A DNA stretch of 64,000 nucleotides from Candidatus Acetothermia bacterium. GTDB taxonomy: Bacteria > Bipolaricaulota > Bipolaricaulia > RBG-16-55-9 > JANLFV01. The notes beneath the pieces were generated by a model. That model was given only the letters and a program-made list of their open reading frames with translations, had not been told where the DNA came from and made no database searches. The stretch spans positions 790-64,789 of the forward strand of contig JANLFV010000005.1 in the NCBI GenBank assembly GCA_024653345.1, in the 5' to 3' direction. Made by a program: the position numbers and the translations under genes. Positions 33,155 through 43,020 of this stretch are shown here, piece by piece. How positions within the stretch are numbered: the first letter of the stretch is position 1; every line of letters starts with the position of its first letter.

Positions 33155-34721
33155 CGCCGTTCCCCTCCGCCTTCTCCGCGAGGAGCTGCTCCGTGGCCTC
33201 GAGGGGGACCGGCGCGAGCCGGGCCACCTCGCGGTTGATCAGCCACTGCTGGCCGAGCTGGACGATCGTGGTGAGGAGCCAGTAGAGCCACATCCCCGCG
33301 GGGAAGTTCCGCAGAAAGATCCCCATGAAGACCGGCATCCCCAGGGTGAGGAGCCAGTTCGGCTTCTGCCCGGTCGTGGGGGTGGAGAGCAGGCTCTGGA
33401 GGATCATGGCCAGGACATTCAAGGCCACGATGATGTAGTAAGGGTCCGCGACGGAGAGGTCGGCCATCCAGAGGAACCCCGGCGAGAGGTGGACCCGCTC
33501 GGCCGAATAGAGGATGGCCTGCCAGAGGACATAGAGGATCGGGAATTGAATCAACAGCGGCAGGCAGCCGGAGAGGGGGTTGATCCCCTCCTTCTGATAG
33601 AGCTCCATCATCTTCTTCTGGAGGAGCTTTTTGTCCTGCTTGTAGCGCTGCTGGAGCTGCTGGAGCTTCGGCTGGAGCCGCTGCATCCGGGCCATCGAGT
33701 AATACTGCTTCCGCATCAGGGGGAAGAGGAGGAGCCGGACGACGATGGTGAAGAGGATGATCGCCCAGCCGTAGTTCCCCGTGGCGGCGTAGAGCCAGTC
33801 GAGGAACCGGACGATCCCCACCAGGGCCCAGCCGAAGGCCCCCACATCGACGACGGCCTCAAGCCCCGAGAGCTGGAGCAGCGCCCACTTCGGCCGCCCG
33901 GCGTAGAGCGTGAAGCCGAAGGTCCGCTCCTCGCCCGGCGCGAGCTTGAGCTCGCCGGTCCTGACCCCGAGGAGCTTCCGCCCGCGCTCGTCCAGCTCCA
34001 CGCTCGGGGCCAGCGGCTTCCCCTGCCCCGCCGCGCGGCTCTTCAAGAAGAGGACCAAGACCTTCGTCACCACCCCCAGGCCATCGAAGCGCTCGTAGCT
34101 CGGGGGGACGGTCTCCGCCCGCTTCCCATCGAAGAGGTAGCGGACCTCGCCGGTGACGAACTTCCCCACGACTAGCTGGAACTGGTCCGTTCCCAGGAGC
34201 AGCTTGAAGCCCTCCAGGGAGAGTTCGCCCCCGCCCTGGTTCCGCAGGACCAGATCGAGGTCGACGGTGTAGGAGGGATCATCGCGGATGGTGTAGATTC
34301 TCTTGAGCTGCAAGGCCCCCACGGCCTTAGCGAACTCGAGCTGGACCTCTCTCGCCTCCTGCTTCAAGAGGCGATACTCCCAGGGCCCCTCGAGGCCGGC
34401 GAGCTGGAGCGTGAACGGGAAGACCCCGCCGGGGGTGTAGCTGCGGGCGAGCGTTGTGGGGTCGGTCGTGGTGTCGACGACCAGCTCTTGCTTCCTTAGC
34501 CCGTAGGGGGCGAAGTGGAGGAAGGCGCTCCGCAGCTCGCCGTTCTCGGTCGAGAAGAGGTAGTCAGCTAGCCCCGTCCGGACCTCGATCTCGCGATAGC
34601 CCTCTCGCTCCGACTCCTGCAGCTCGATCCGCCTTGAATCCTCGGCCCCGAGGGCCATCGTCCCGGCAAGGACAAGCGATGCCAGGAGCAGTATGGCTGA
34701 GCCTAGGGCAATCCTCTGCAT
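33138..34721 (-). CDS. yidC: membrane protein insertase YidC
   Basis: Large periplasmic domain, then NYGWAIILFTIVVRLLLFPL and the C-terminal 5-TM core. 527 aa. Confidence 0.95.
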   Translation of the reverse strand: MQRIALGSAILLLASLVLAGTMALGAEDSRRIELQESEREGYREIEVRTGLADYLFSTENGELRSAFLHFAPYGLRKQELVVDTTTDPTTLARSYTPGGVFPFTLQLAGLEGPWEYRLLKQEAREVQLEFAKAVGALQLKRIYTIRDDPSYTVDLDLVLRNQGGGELSLEGFKLLLGTDQFQLVVGKFVTGEVRYLFDGKRAETVPPSYERFDGLGVVTKVLVLFLKSRAAGQGKPLAPSVELDERGRKLLGVRTGELKLAPGEERTFGFTLYAGRPKWALLQLSGLEAVVDVGAFGWALVGIVRFLDWLYAATGNYGWAIILFTIVVRLLLFPLMRKQYYSMARMQRLQPKLQQLQQRYKQDKKLLQKKMMELYQKEGINPLSGCLPLLIQFPILYVLWQAILYSAERVHLSPGFLWMADLSVADPYYIIVALNVLAMILQSLLSTPTTGQKPNWLLTLGMPVFMGIFLRNFPAGMWLYWLLTTIVQLGQQWLINREVARLAPVPLEATEQLLAEKAEGNGDEARS

Positions 34722-34877
34722 TCCTTCCGGCCTCCGTCTGATGAAGCTGCTCTAGAGTCTAGTCGAGCGGGATTGCCATTGCAACTGCTCGAGGCCCCAG
34801 ATCGCGCGAGCGGTTGCTGGAGGAGGGCTCTTCCCGGTAAACGCGGCTTGCACTGCGCTCTCGGGGTTTCTCATGGA

Positions 34878-34906
34878 TTGCCCCGCGCAGGCTGTCAAGG
34901 TAAACT
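34878..34906 (+). promoter_or_regulatory. candidate promoter TTGCCC-N17-TAAACT. Its -10 element ends 10 nt before the ribE ATG, giving a leaderless or near-leaderless mRNA
   Basis: Hexamers seen in sequence. No Shine-Dalgarno before ATG 34917. Confidence 0.3.
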
Positions 34907-34916
34907 CTAGGCCGAG

Positions 34917-35522
34917 ATGTTCACCGGGATCGTCGCTGGCCTGGGGGAGGTCGTGACCCTGGCCGGGGGAAGGCTGGTGATCCTTCCGCCCGCCGAGCTC
35001 CTTCCGCCGGCGGGGGGGAGCATCGCCGTGAACGGGGCCTGCCTCACCGCTTCCGAAGTTGAGGACGGGAGGTTTGCCGCGGACTTGAGCCCGGAGACCC
35101 TCAAGCGGACGAACCTCGGTGCGCTCCGCGCCGGCGAGAAGGTCAATCTCGAGCTCCCGCTCGCGGCTGGTGACCGGTTCGCCGGCCACCTCGTCCTCGG
35201 GCACATCGACGCCGTTGGCAAGATCGTGGCTATCGCGCCCCAGGGCGAGTCCTACCTCTTCTCCTTCGCCGTCGAGCCCCGCTTCGACCACCTCCTGGTG
35301 GAGAAGGGCTCGGTGGCCGTGGACGGGATCAGCCTCACCGCCTTCAACATCCGGGAAGGGCGGTTCGAGGTGGCGATCATTCCTCACACTTACAGGATGA
35401 CCAATCTGAAATACCGCCGGCCCGGGGACTTGGTGAATGTGGAATTCGACATCCTCGGGAAATACGTGGCGAAGCTCATGAACATGAAGGTGAAGGAGGT
35501 CTCATGGTCTTCGATCCGGTAG
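34917..35522 (+). CDS. ribE: riboflavin synthase alpha subunit
   Basis: [12 protein letters not shown]... Two lumazine-binding repeats. 201 aa. Confidence 0.9.
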   Translation: MFTGIVAGLGEVVTLAGGRLVILPPAELLPPAGGSIAVNGACLTASEVEDGRFAADLSPETLKRTNLGALRAGEKVNLELPLAAGDRFAGHLVLGHIDAVGKIVAIAPQGESYLFSFAVEPRFDHLLVEKGSVAVDGISLTAFNIREGRFEVAIIPHTYRMTNLKYRRPGDLVNVEFDILGKYVAKLMNMKVKEVSWSSIR

Positions 35523-36718
35523 AAGAGGTGATCGAGGCGATCCGGCGGGGGGAGATCGTGATCGTCGTCGACGATGAGGAGCGGGAGAACGAGGGCGACC
35601 TCGTCATGGCCGCGGAGAAGGTCACCCCGGAGAAGGTGAACTTCATGGCCAAATACGGCCGGGGGCTGATCTGCGCCCCGCTGGCGGAGGAGCGAGCCGA
35701 TGAGCTCGGCCTCCGCCTGATGGCCGGGGGGAGCACCGGCCGGGAGACGAACTTCACCGTCTCCGTCGACGCCCGCTACGGGATTACCACCGGGACCTCG
35801 GCCTTCGACCGGGCGCTCACCATCCAGCTCCTCGCCTCGCCCGCGGCCGGCCCGCGGGACTTCGTCCAGCCGGGCCATGTCTTCCCGCTCCGGGCCAGGT
35901 CGGGCGGGGTCCTCCGCCGGGCCGGGCACACTGAGGCAAGCGTCGACCTCGCCCGGCTCGCCGGACTCTACCCTGCAGCGGTGATCTGCGAGATCATGAA
36001 CGAGGACGGGACGATGGCCCGCCTCCCCCAGCTCTGCCAGTTCGCCCGAAAGCACGGGCTCTTGATGACCTCGGTCGCCGACCTCATCAGGTATCGTGCC
36101 CAACGGGAGAAGCTGGTGAAGCGCGAGGCGGAGGCCGAGCTCCCCACGGAGTTCGGCCACTTCCGGCTGGTGGCCTACAGCAACGATGTGGACGGGAAGG
36201 AGCATGTGGCCCTGGTGAAGGGCGAGGTGGCGGGGAAGGAGAATGTCCTCGTCCGGGTCCACTCGGAGTGCCTCACCGGCGACACCTTCCTCTCCAAGCG
36301 CTGCGACTGCGGGCCCCAGCTCCATGAGGCCCTCTCCCGGATCGAGGCCGAGGGGGAGGGGGTCCTGCTCTACATCCGCCAGGAGGGGCGAGGGATCGGC
36401 CTCATCAACAAGGTCAAGGCCTACGCCCTCCAGGACCAAGGGCTGGACACGGTCGAGGCCAACCGGCGGCTCGGCTTCCGCGAGGACCTCCGGGACTACG
36501 GGATCGGGGCCCAGATCCTCAAGGACCTCGGCCTCTCCTCGATCCGGCTGCTCACGAACAACCCGAAGAAGGTCGTCGGGCTCGAGGGCTATGGCCTGGT
36601 GATCGTGGAGCAGATCCCGCTCGAGGTCGAGCCCAACGAGTATAACTACGCCTATCTCCGGGTGAAGAAGGAGAAGCTCGGCCATCTCCTCCGGCTCCCC
36701 GAGGAGGGGTTGAGATGA
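35504..36718 (+). CDS. ribBA: bifunctional 3,4-dihydroxy-2-butanone-4-phosphate synthase / GTP cyclohydrolase II
   Basis: DHBP synthase [12 protein letters not shown], plus GTP cyclohydrolase II CxxC...GRGIGL motifs. 404 aa. Confidence 0.9.
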   Translation: MVFDPVEEVIEAIRRGEIVIVVDDEERENEGDLVMAAEKVTPEKVNFMAKYGRGLICAPLAEERADELGLRLMAGGSTGRETNFTVSVDARYGITTGTSAFDRALTIQLLASPAAGPRDFVQPGHVFPLRARSGGVLRRAGHTEASVDLARLAGLYPAAVICEIMNEDGTMARLPQLCQFARKHGLLMTSVADLIRYRAQREKLVKREAEAELPTEFGHFRLVAYSNDVDGKEHVALVKGEVAGKENVLVRVHSECLTGDTFLSKRCDCGPQLHEALSRIEAEGEGVLLYIRQEGRGIGLINKVKAYALQDQGLDTVEANRRLGFREDLRDYGIGAQILKDLGLSSIRLLTNNPKKVVGLEGYGLVIVEQIPLEVEPNEYNYAYLRVKKEKLGHLLRLPEEGLR

Positions 36719-37170
36719 GCGAATTCTCCGGCTCGCCCGATGGGAAGGGCCTGCGGATCGCGATCGTGGTCAGCCGGTTCAACAGCGCGATCACCGAGCG
36801 CCTGCTCGCGGGGGCGGTCGAGCGGCTGATTCGCGGGGGCGTCAAGCGCGAGGCCATCGATGTCTATTGGGTCCCCGGCTCGTTCGAGCTCCCCCAGACA
36901 GTCCGGAAGCTGATCAAGGCCGAGAAGTATGATGGGATCATCCCCCTCGGCTGCCTCATCCGCGGGGAGACCCTCCACTTCGAGGTCCTGGCAAGGGCGG
37001 TGACCGCGGAACTGCTCCGGCTTAGCTTAGAGGGGACGCCTCTGGTCTTCGGGGTCCTGACCGCCGACACTGCGGAGCAGGCACTGGCCCGCGCGGGCGT
37101 GAAGTCCCACAAGGGCGTCCAGGCCGCGGAGAGCCTCCTGGAGCTGATCGGCCTCCTCCGGCAGATCTAG
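36715..37170 (+). CDS. ribH: 6,7-dimethyl-8-ribityllumazine synthase
   Basis: [21 protein letters not shown]. 151 aa. 4-nt overlap with ribBA. Confidence 0.9.
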   Translation: MSEFSGSPDGKGLRIAIVVSRFNSAITERLLAGAVERLIRGGVKREAIDVYWVPGSFELPQTVRKLIKAEKYDGIIPLGCLIRGETLHFEVLARAVTAELLRLSLEGTPLVFGVLTADTAEQALARAGVKSHKGVQAAESLLELIGLLRQI

Positions 37171-37172
37171 CG

Positions 37173-37925
37173 ATGGAGCGACCGAGCTTCGGGACCTCGA
37201 TCTTCATCGCCGGCGAGGAGGAGCAGCTCTGGGACGAGGAGGTCCATCAGGCTCGGGCCGCCGGGGCGGAGCACCTGGCCGTCCACCTGGAGTATCCGCC
37301 TGGGAACGGCCGCCTGCGTGAACGCCAGATCCGCAGGCTGCGGAACGCGGCGAAAGGGACCAAGCTCCTCGTGGAAGCCCCCAGCTCTTGGCCCTCGCTC
37401 GTCACCCCGCACGAGGGACTCCTCCGCCTCTCCCTGCAGGAGTTGACTGACTCGCTCAGCGTCGCGGCCAAGCTCGGGGCGGCGCTCTTCATCCTCCGCG
37501 GCGGGCCGAACCCCTTCCCCCACCTCCGGGAGCTAGGGGATGGCGTGGCACGCTTTGCCGAGGGCGTCCGCGAGCTCCTTGCCCGCAGCCGCCAGTTCGG
37601 CCTCCCCCTGGCGGTGGAGAACCTCGCTCGAGGCTTCCCCTCCACTGCCGAGGAGCTGGAGGGAGCTCTGGCCCTGGGGCTGAAGCTGAGCCTGGCTCTG
37701 GATGAGCTTGGCGGGAGCGGCGAGGAGGTAAACGCTCTCTTGAAGAGGTTTTCCGCGCGGGCAGTCCGGGTAGCGCTCGGGCCCCTCACTAGCCCGCTCG
37801 CGGCCGAGGTGCGCGACTGCCGCTTTGCCGGCTTCCTCACGCTCGAATTCCCCCCGAACCCCGCCCGCTGGGGGGAGGTTCAGGAGTCCCTGCGCAGCCT
37901 GAGGGAGCTGTGGGCCGGGGCCTAG
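37173..37925 (+). CDS. sugar phosphate isomerase/epimerase (xylose isomerase-like TIM barrel)
   Basis: Alternating beta/alpha pattern with LAVENL. 250 aa. Starts 3 nt after ribH. Confidence 0.5.
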   Translation: MERPSFGTSIFIAGEEEQLWDEEVHQARAAGAEHLAVHLEYPPGNGRLRERQIRRLRNAAKGTKLLVEAPSSWPSLVTPHEGLLRLSLQELTDSLSVAAKLGAALFILRGGPNPFPHLRELGDGVARFAEGVRELLARSRQFGLPLAVENLARGFPSTAEELEGALALGLKLSLALDELGGSGEEVNALLKRFSARAVRVALGPLTSPLAAEVRDCRFAGFLTLEFPPNPARWGEVQESLRSLRELWAGA

Positions 37926-38106
37926 GCCGAGAGCGAGCCAGAACCTGGAGCCCCTCGGGCACCGAATTTTCACCTCTCTGCCATTCCCTTTGGACCCAGG
38001 GATCACTATCCTCGAGGCTGAGGGCTCTCTTAGGGATTCCCAAGCCTCCAAACCTGGGTGAGAGGGGGAGAAGGCACCTCCTACAAGGTCTCACGCCTTG
38101 TAGCAA

Positions 38107-38140
38107 CTGAGCCACTCCCTTGGGAGTGGCTCAGTCCTTT
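38107..38140. terminator. 12-bp GC-rich hairpin (tgagccactccc-ttg-gggagtggctca) followed by a short T tract; middle of three tandem hairpins between convergent genes
   Basis: Inverted repeat seen in sequence. Only a weak U-run follows it. Confidence 0.3.
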
Positions 38141-38237
38141 CCGATCTCCGGCCCGATCCACTTGAAAAGATTGCCCTTCCCGAGTGCGAGAGGGGAAGGA
38201 GGCGGGCGAGGCCCCGCTCGGGGCGTGCGCCGGGCCG

Positions 38238-38468
38238 TTACTGCAGGACGATGTGGGTGCTGGTATCCGTCACCCCGTCGATCTGGTGGATGCGATCGAT
38301 CATCTTCTGGTGGACATCCTTGATGTCGTTCACTTCGGCCTTGATGATGGCATCGTAGTTCCCGGTGATGGGATAGGCCTCCTTCACCCCTTCGAGCCGG
38401 CCCAACTTCTCCAGCACCGGGACGATCTTCCCTGCCTTGATGTGGACTAGGATATAGGCCTGGACACT
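38238..38468 (-). CDS. stand-alone Lrp/AsnC-type ligand-binding (RAM) domain protein
   Basis: MSVQAYILVHIKAGKIVPVLEKLGRLEGVKEAYPITGNYDAIIKAEV fits the RAM domain. ATG 38468 after GGAGGTGA. No HTH domain. Confidence 0.65.
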   Translation of the reverse strand, partial: SVQAYILVHIKAGKIVPVLEKLGRLEGVKEAYPITGNYDAIIKAEVNDIKDVHQKMIDRIHQIDGVTDTSTHIVLQ

Positions 38469-38569
38469 CATCGCTTCACCTCCAGCCAGAATAATGCATC
38501 TTACCAAAGTCAGCGGGGAGGCGCAAAGCTCACTTCCCCCGGAGCTATCAGTCAGCTATAATCGCCCCG

Positions 38570-39745
38570 ATGGGCTACGATTATCTCGTCCTGGGAGCGG
38601 GGATGCAAGGCGCGGCCGCGGCCTACGATCTGGCGCGGTTCGGCGAGGCGGAGCTGGTGAGACTAGCCGATCTGGACCCGGCCCGCGCGGCCGAGGCGGC
38701 GGCGCGGGTCAATCGCTTGACTGAGGGCGACCTGGCTGAGGGGGGCCAGATCGATGTTGGGGATAGAGCAGCTCTAGCTCGGGCGCTCCAGGGCGTCGAT
38801 GTGGTCCTGAGCGCCGTCCCCTACCGGTTCAACCTCCTGATCACCGAGGCGGCGATCGCCGCCCGCGCGGGGATGTGCGACCTCGGGGGGAACACGGGGA
38901 TCGTGCTCGAGCAGCTCAAGCTCGATCCCCAGGCCAGGGCCGCGGGCGTCACGGTCATCCCCGACTGCGGCCTGGCCCCCGGGATGGTCAACACGCTGGC
39001 CGTCTACGCCATGTCCAAGATGGAGAACCCCCAGGAGGTCCGGATCTGGTGCGGCGGGCTCCCTCGCTATCCCAAGCCGCCCCTCGGGTATAAGCTGGTC
39101 TTCAGCATCGAGGGGCTGACGAACGAGTATTTCGGGAAGGCCGAGGTCTTGCGCGATGGCAAGGTGGTGGAGCTGGACACCTTCACCGAGCTGGAGGAGC
39201 TGGAGTTCCCCCCGCCGGTCGGAAGGTGCGAGGCGTTCATCACCTCCGGCGGGACCTCGACCTGCCCCTGGACCTTTGCGGGGAAGCTCAGGAGGTATGA
39301 ATACAAGACCGTCCGCTACCCCGGCCACTACGAGAAGATCAAGCTCCTCCGCGACCTGGGCTTTCTCGACCCCGAGCCGGTCAAGCTCGGCGCGGTCGAG
39401 CTCGCCCCGCGCGAGCTCTTCCACAAGCTCGTCCCGCCAAGGATCTCCTTCCCCGAGGACCCGGACCTGGTGGTCTTGCGGGTCGCCTGCTCCGGTCTGG
39501 ATCGGGGCGAGCCGATAGAAGTCCAGCTCGAGCTGATGGAGTTCGCCGACGAATCGGCCGGCTTCTCGGCGATGGAGCGGACGACCGCCTTCCCTGCGGC
39601 GATCGTGGCCGAGATGATCGCCAGAGGCGATCTCGAGCGGGGCGTCATCCCCCTCGAGCGGGCCGTCCCCCCGGGCCCGTTCATCGCCGAGCTGACCAAG
39701 CGGGGATTCAGGCTGACGGAGACAGTCAGGCGGCCGCTCCGTTGA
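38570..39745 (+). CDS. saccharopine dehydrogenase NADP-binding domain protein
   Basis: N-terminal YLVLGAGMQGAAAAYDLARFG Rossmann start. 391 aa Sacchrp_dh-like. TATAAT about 8 nt upstream of the ATG. Confidence 0.75.
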   Translation: MGYDYLVLGAGMQGAAAAYDLARFGEAELVRLADLDPARAAEAAARVNRLTEGDLAEGGQIDVGDRAALARALQGVDVVLSAVPYRFNLLITEAAIAARAGMCDLGGNTGIVLEQLKLDPQARAAGVTVIPDCGLAPGMVNTLAVYAMSKMENPQEVRIWCGGLPRYPKPPLGYKLVFSIEGLTNEYFGKAEVLRDGKVVELDTFTELEELEFPPPVGRCEAFITSGGTSTCPWTFAGKLRRYEYKTVRYPGHYEKIKLLRDLGFLDPEPVKLGAVELAPRELFHKLVPPRISFPEDPDLVVLRVACSGLDRGEPIEVQLELMEFADESAGFSAMERTTAFPAAIVAEMIARGDLERGVIPLERAVPPGPFIAELTKRGFRLTETVRRPLR

Positions 39746-40094
39746 TCTTCAAGATCGCGAGGATGATCCGGATGATGATCAGGACCCAGCCGACGCTCAC
39801 GACGATCCAGATGATCCTCTTGGCGAACCCGTAGATGGCCAGGAGGATCGTCAGCAGCGCCAGGACGCCGATGGGGTCGATGAGCTGATCCAAGACGGAG
39901 CCGGCCTGGGGGAGGATCGCCTGGATCGCCTTGACGACCAACTGGCCGAGGCCGTGGGAGATTGAATACATGAAGGCCAGGAACTGGCCGAGAAGGTCGC
40001 GTCGCCCCTCCGCTCCCTGCACCCCCTCTTGAATCGCCCAGCCGCTGAACCCCCAGAGCAGTCCCATTCCGGAAAAGATGGTAATCCTTCTCAC
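39726..40094 (-). CDS. small 3-TM membrane protein, hypothetical
   Basis: 122-aa hydrophobic ORF overlapping the 3' end of the convergent gene by 20 nt. No other support. Confidence 0.35.
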   Translation of the reverse strand: MRRITIFSGMGLLWGFSGWAIQEGVQGAEGRRDLLGQFLAFMYSISHGLGQLVVKAIQAILPQAGSVLDQLIDPIGVLALLTILLAIYGFAKRIIWIVVSVGWVLIIIRIILAILKINGAAA

Positions 40095-40275
40095 TTGTCT
40101 CGCCTCCCCCGAGGCGCTTATTATAGCATGTTCCGCCGGGGAGGCTGAAAATGGCGGCGGAGGAGGTTTCTCAGAGAGGTTGGGCGCTATGGTGCGCGGC
40201 GACCCGGTCTTCGTTCCATTCTGTCATCCAAATTACAGATATCGCCGGGGGAATATGCTATGAAGGGGGCGAGCG

Positions 40276-40872
40276 GTGGTCACTGATGACAGAAGGGTTG
40301 AAAAATTCGGGCTATTCAAGGAGGTGGCGGTGGAAGGTGCGGTCAGAGCGTTATCCCTGGACAAGTTGATCCGGCCTTATAGCAGGCGGATGGTCTATCG
40401 CGAAGGGGAGTATGTCTACCTGCCCGGCGATCCGAGTGATTGCGTCTACTTGATCGTGAAGGGGCGAGTGAGGCTCTCCTATCCCGGCCGGGACGGGCGG
40501 CCGCTGCCGCTCTCGATCCTCGGAGAGGGGGAGGTCTTCGGCGAGATGGCCCTGGTCGGCGGGGAGCGGCGCGAGCTGATGGCCGAGGTCCTCGAGCGGA
40601 GCTCGATCTGGGCCATCGAGAAGGAGGGCTTCCTCCGCCTCCTGCAGGGGAACGCCAGCCTCTCCCTGCAGATCATGGAGGTCTTCATCCATCGCCTGAA
40701 GCTGCTGCAGGAGCGCGTGGTGGAGCTGCTCTTCTACGACCCGCTCGCCAAGCTCTCGCTCCTCCTCGCCCAGACGGCCCAGGAGGGCGAGGGCCAGGAG
40801 CTGGACCTGGTGAAACTGATTCGAGTGGCAATGGCTGACGGGGTCATTGCCACTCCTCTCTCCTCCAGCTAG
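40276..40872 (+). CDS. Crp/Fnr-family regulator (cyclic-nucleotide-binding domain)
   Basis: YREGEYVYLPGDPSDCVYLIVKGRVRL...ILGEGEVFGEMAL matches the cNMP-binding beta-roll. The C-terminal HTH is weak. Confidence 0.55.
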   Translation: MVTDDRRVEKFGLFKEVAVEGAVRALSLDKLIRPYSRRMVYREGEYVYLPGDPSDCVYLIVKGRVRLSYPGRDGRPLPLSILGEGEVFGEMALVGGERRELMAEVLERSSIWAIEKEGFLRLLQGNASLSLQIMEVFIHRLKLLQERVVELLFYDPLAKLSLLLAQTAQEGEGQELDLVKLIRVAMADGVIATPLSSS

Positions 40873-40883
40873 ACTGCCGAGGG

Positions 40884-41456
40884 TTAGCGCGGCCAGAAGA
40901 GGAGGACCGCCGCCGTAGCGGCGATCAAGAGCCCTAGCCCTATCCAGAGGATCACCCTGGTCTGAGCCTGCTGCTTCTTGATCTCCTTGATCGCCGAGGT
41001 GAGCGCGATCGTCCCGCGCAGAATCCCCTGAGAGAACTCCCCCTCCTGGAACGAGGGCATGATGTCGCGCTCCAGGATCTGCCGCAACTTCTCGTCCGTA
41101 AGGGCGCGGTTCAGCCGCTTCCCCGGATCGAGGCGGATCCTCCCGTCCCGCAGGGCCACGAGGAAGAGGAGGTCGTCCTGCCCCAGGCCCCACTGGGCGA
41201 AGACCGCCGCGCTGTAGTCGTCGATCTCCAGAGGGGCAGTGCTCTCGATGGTCAGGATCACCACCTTGCTCCCATACTTATCCTCGAGCGTCTTCAGGAT
41301 GAGCGCTAGGGCCAGCTCGGTCTTCTCGTCCACGATCGCGGCGTAGTCGGAGACATAGCCCTGCTGTTCGGGGACCTGAGCCTTGCCGGCCAGCGCGGGG
41401 GCAGAAAGAAGGACCAGCAACGCCAGGAGCGTTCCGGAAAAGATTCTTGCCATCAT
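40884..41456 (-). CDS. TPM-domain protein (second copy) with C-terminal TM helix
   Basis: Signal peptide, GYVSDYAAIVDEKTELALALILKTLEDKYGSKVVILTIEST, C-terminal TM. Confidence 0.75.
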   Translation of the reverse strand: MMARIFSGTLLALLVLLSAPALAGKAQVPEQQGYVSDYAAIVDEKTELALALILKTLEDKYGSKVVILTIESTAPLEIDDYSAAVFAQWGLGQDDLLFLVALRDGRIRLDPGKRLNRALTDEKLRQILERDIMPSFQEGEFSQGILRGTIALTSAIKEIKKQQAQTRVILWIGLGLLIAATAAVLLFWPR

Positions 41457-41553
41457 CTCCTCCTTGAGCTTTCCCCGATTATAGCCCAGGGCCGCTGGGG
41501 CCGGTCAAGCGGGAATTGCCCGCGAGCTGGGGGCTCAGCTAGGCTAAGGGAGG

Positions 41554-42990
41554 ATGAGATCGCTCCCCGCGCGACGGCAGAGGCTGAGCTTGGAGTCGCG
41601 CGTGTCGCCCGTCTTGCTAGCGACGGCCCTGGCGCTATGCTCCTTCCAGAGCCATCTCGGCGGCTCGCTCGCCGCGTCGGCCGTCGGGCCATGGACCTCT
41701 GAGTGTCTGGCACTCCAGGCTGAGCCCGTGGGCGCAGCCAAGACCTTCGTCACCTGGCTCCCCTCGGAGGCCGCGCCGGACGGCGGGATCGCGGTCAGGG
41801 TGATCTACCCAGATCGGCCTCGCTATCCCGAAGGGACCGCGGCGGTCGTGGAGGTCCCCGGCGCGGACGATCCCGGCAGCGTAGACCTCCCGGCGCGCGC
41901 GGTGCCGGAGGACCCTTTCGTCGCTCAGGGGCTGGTCCATCTCCTGTTCGCCTTCCCCGGCGGCGGGCGGCCGCCCCTGCAATCGGGCGGCGTCTACGAC
42001 CATCGGGGGTTGGACTCATTGAAGGCAGTGCGGGATGTCGTCCGCTCCCTCCGCGGAGAGTTGAGGGAGGTGAACGGCTGCACGATCGCCGACCTTCTGC
42101 CCTACAGGGTCACCCAGGTCGGGCTCGTCGGCTCCTCCAACGGCGGGAATACTTCCATTGTGGCCCTCGGGCTCTTCGGGGACGAGATGGATGTAGACTG
42201 GTATGTCGGCTGGGAGAACCCTGCGGGGGTCCAGTTTACCACCGTCGACCTCGGCTCGCGGGAGAAGCCTAATCCCGCTTACATCCCGGGCTCCTGCCGC
42301 CCCACCCCGGAGGGGGCCAGATGTGATGTCGATTACACTCACCTCCGCTGGGACGGAGAGGCGGTCTCCCGCGGCTGGGGGCCGCAGCGGGGCGGGGAGC
42401 GCGGCGCCCTCTACCATGATTTGAACGGGAACGGCCGCTACGATGAGCCCGATTACGTCCTTGGGGCCTACACCGGGACCTTCGCGGGCCAGGAGAAGCG
42501 GGTCTACTCGACCGCGGCAATCGAGGCCGCGGCCGGCCGCGGGCTGCTCGACCCGTGGCCGGAGGGGGTCGCAACCGTTGAAGAGGCCCGCGAGTTCTGG
42601 CGAATTCGCGATATGAGCCGGTATTACGATGATGTCATGACCAAGCTCCCCCAGCTTCGGGCGATCGTGATCGGCTCGCGGGACGACCATGTCCAGGAAA
42701 CGCCGGACTACCCGCACATTGTCCTCCAGTATCGGGGCTGGCAGGAGGCGGGGATGGAGTGGGTCCGGCTCAATCCCGACGCGGCCTATGTCGGGGCGCT
42801 GGCGGGCCGGGCACTCCCGGTCGCGGATAACGATGCCAACATGCTCGTGGACTATAACAACATTCTTGGCCTGGTCGAGCCGGAGATCGTGGGCGACCCT
42901 CTCCTCCAGTTGGCGGCCGTGCTGGAACTGAGCGATCGGACCTACCGGGATGACTGGCGAGCCAATTTGGACAAGCCCTTAAATATGTAG
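41554..42990 (+). CDS. secreted hydrolase-like protein (possible alpha/beta-fold, GxSxG-like VGSSNGG)
   Basis: Signal peptide. GLVGSSNGGNTSIVALG nucleophile-elbow-like motif. Otherwise uncharacterised. Confidence 0.4.
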   Translation: MRSLPARRQRLSLESRVSPVLLATALALCSFQSHLGGSLAASAVGPWTSECLALQAEPVGAAKTFVTWLPSEAAPDGGIAVRVIYPDRPRYPEGTAAVVEVPGADDPGSVDLPARAVPEDPFVAQGLVHLLFAFPGGGRPPLQSGGVYDHRGLDSLKAVRDVVRSLRGELREVNGCTIADLLPYRVTQVGLVGSSNGGNTSIVALGLFGDEMDVDWYVGWENPAGVQFTTVDLGSREKPNPAYIPGSCRPTPEGARCDVDYTHLRWDGEAVSRGWGPQRGGERGALYHDLNGNGRYDEPDYVLGAYTGTFAGQEKRVYSTAAIEAAAGRGLLDPWPEGVATVEEAREFWRIRDMSRYYDDVMTKLPQLRAIVIGSRDDHVQETPDYPHIVLQYRGWQEAGMEWVRLNPDAAYVGALAGRALPVADNDANMLVDYNNILGLVEPEIVGDPLLQLAAVLELSDRTYRDDWRANLDKPLNM

Positions 42991-43020
42991 AGGGCCGCCT
43001 TCCATTGATGGCGCAAGGCC

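Noticed and set aside
34722-34916. FMN riboswitch upstream of ribE, and rpmH/rnpA upstream of yidC
   Set aside because: I searched both strands by eye for RFN core motifs and for an rpmH-like MKRTYQP ORF. Neither is present. The 195-nt gap holds only a candidate promoter.
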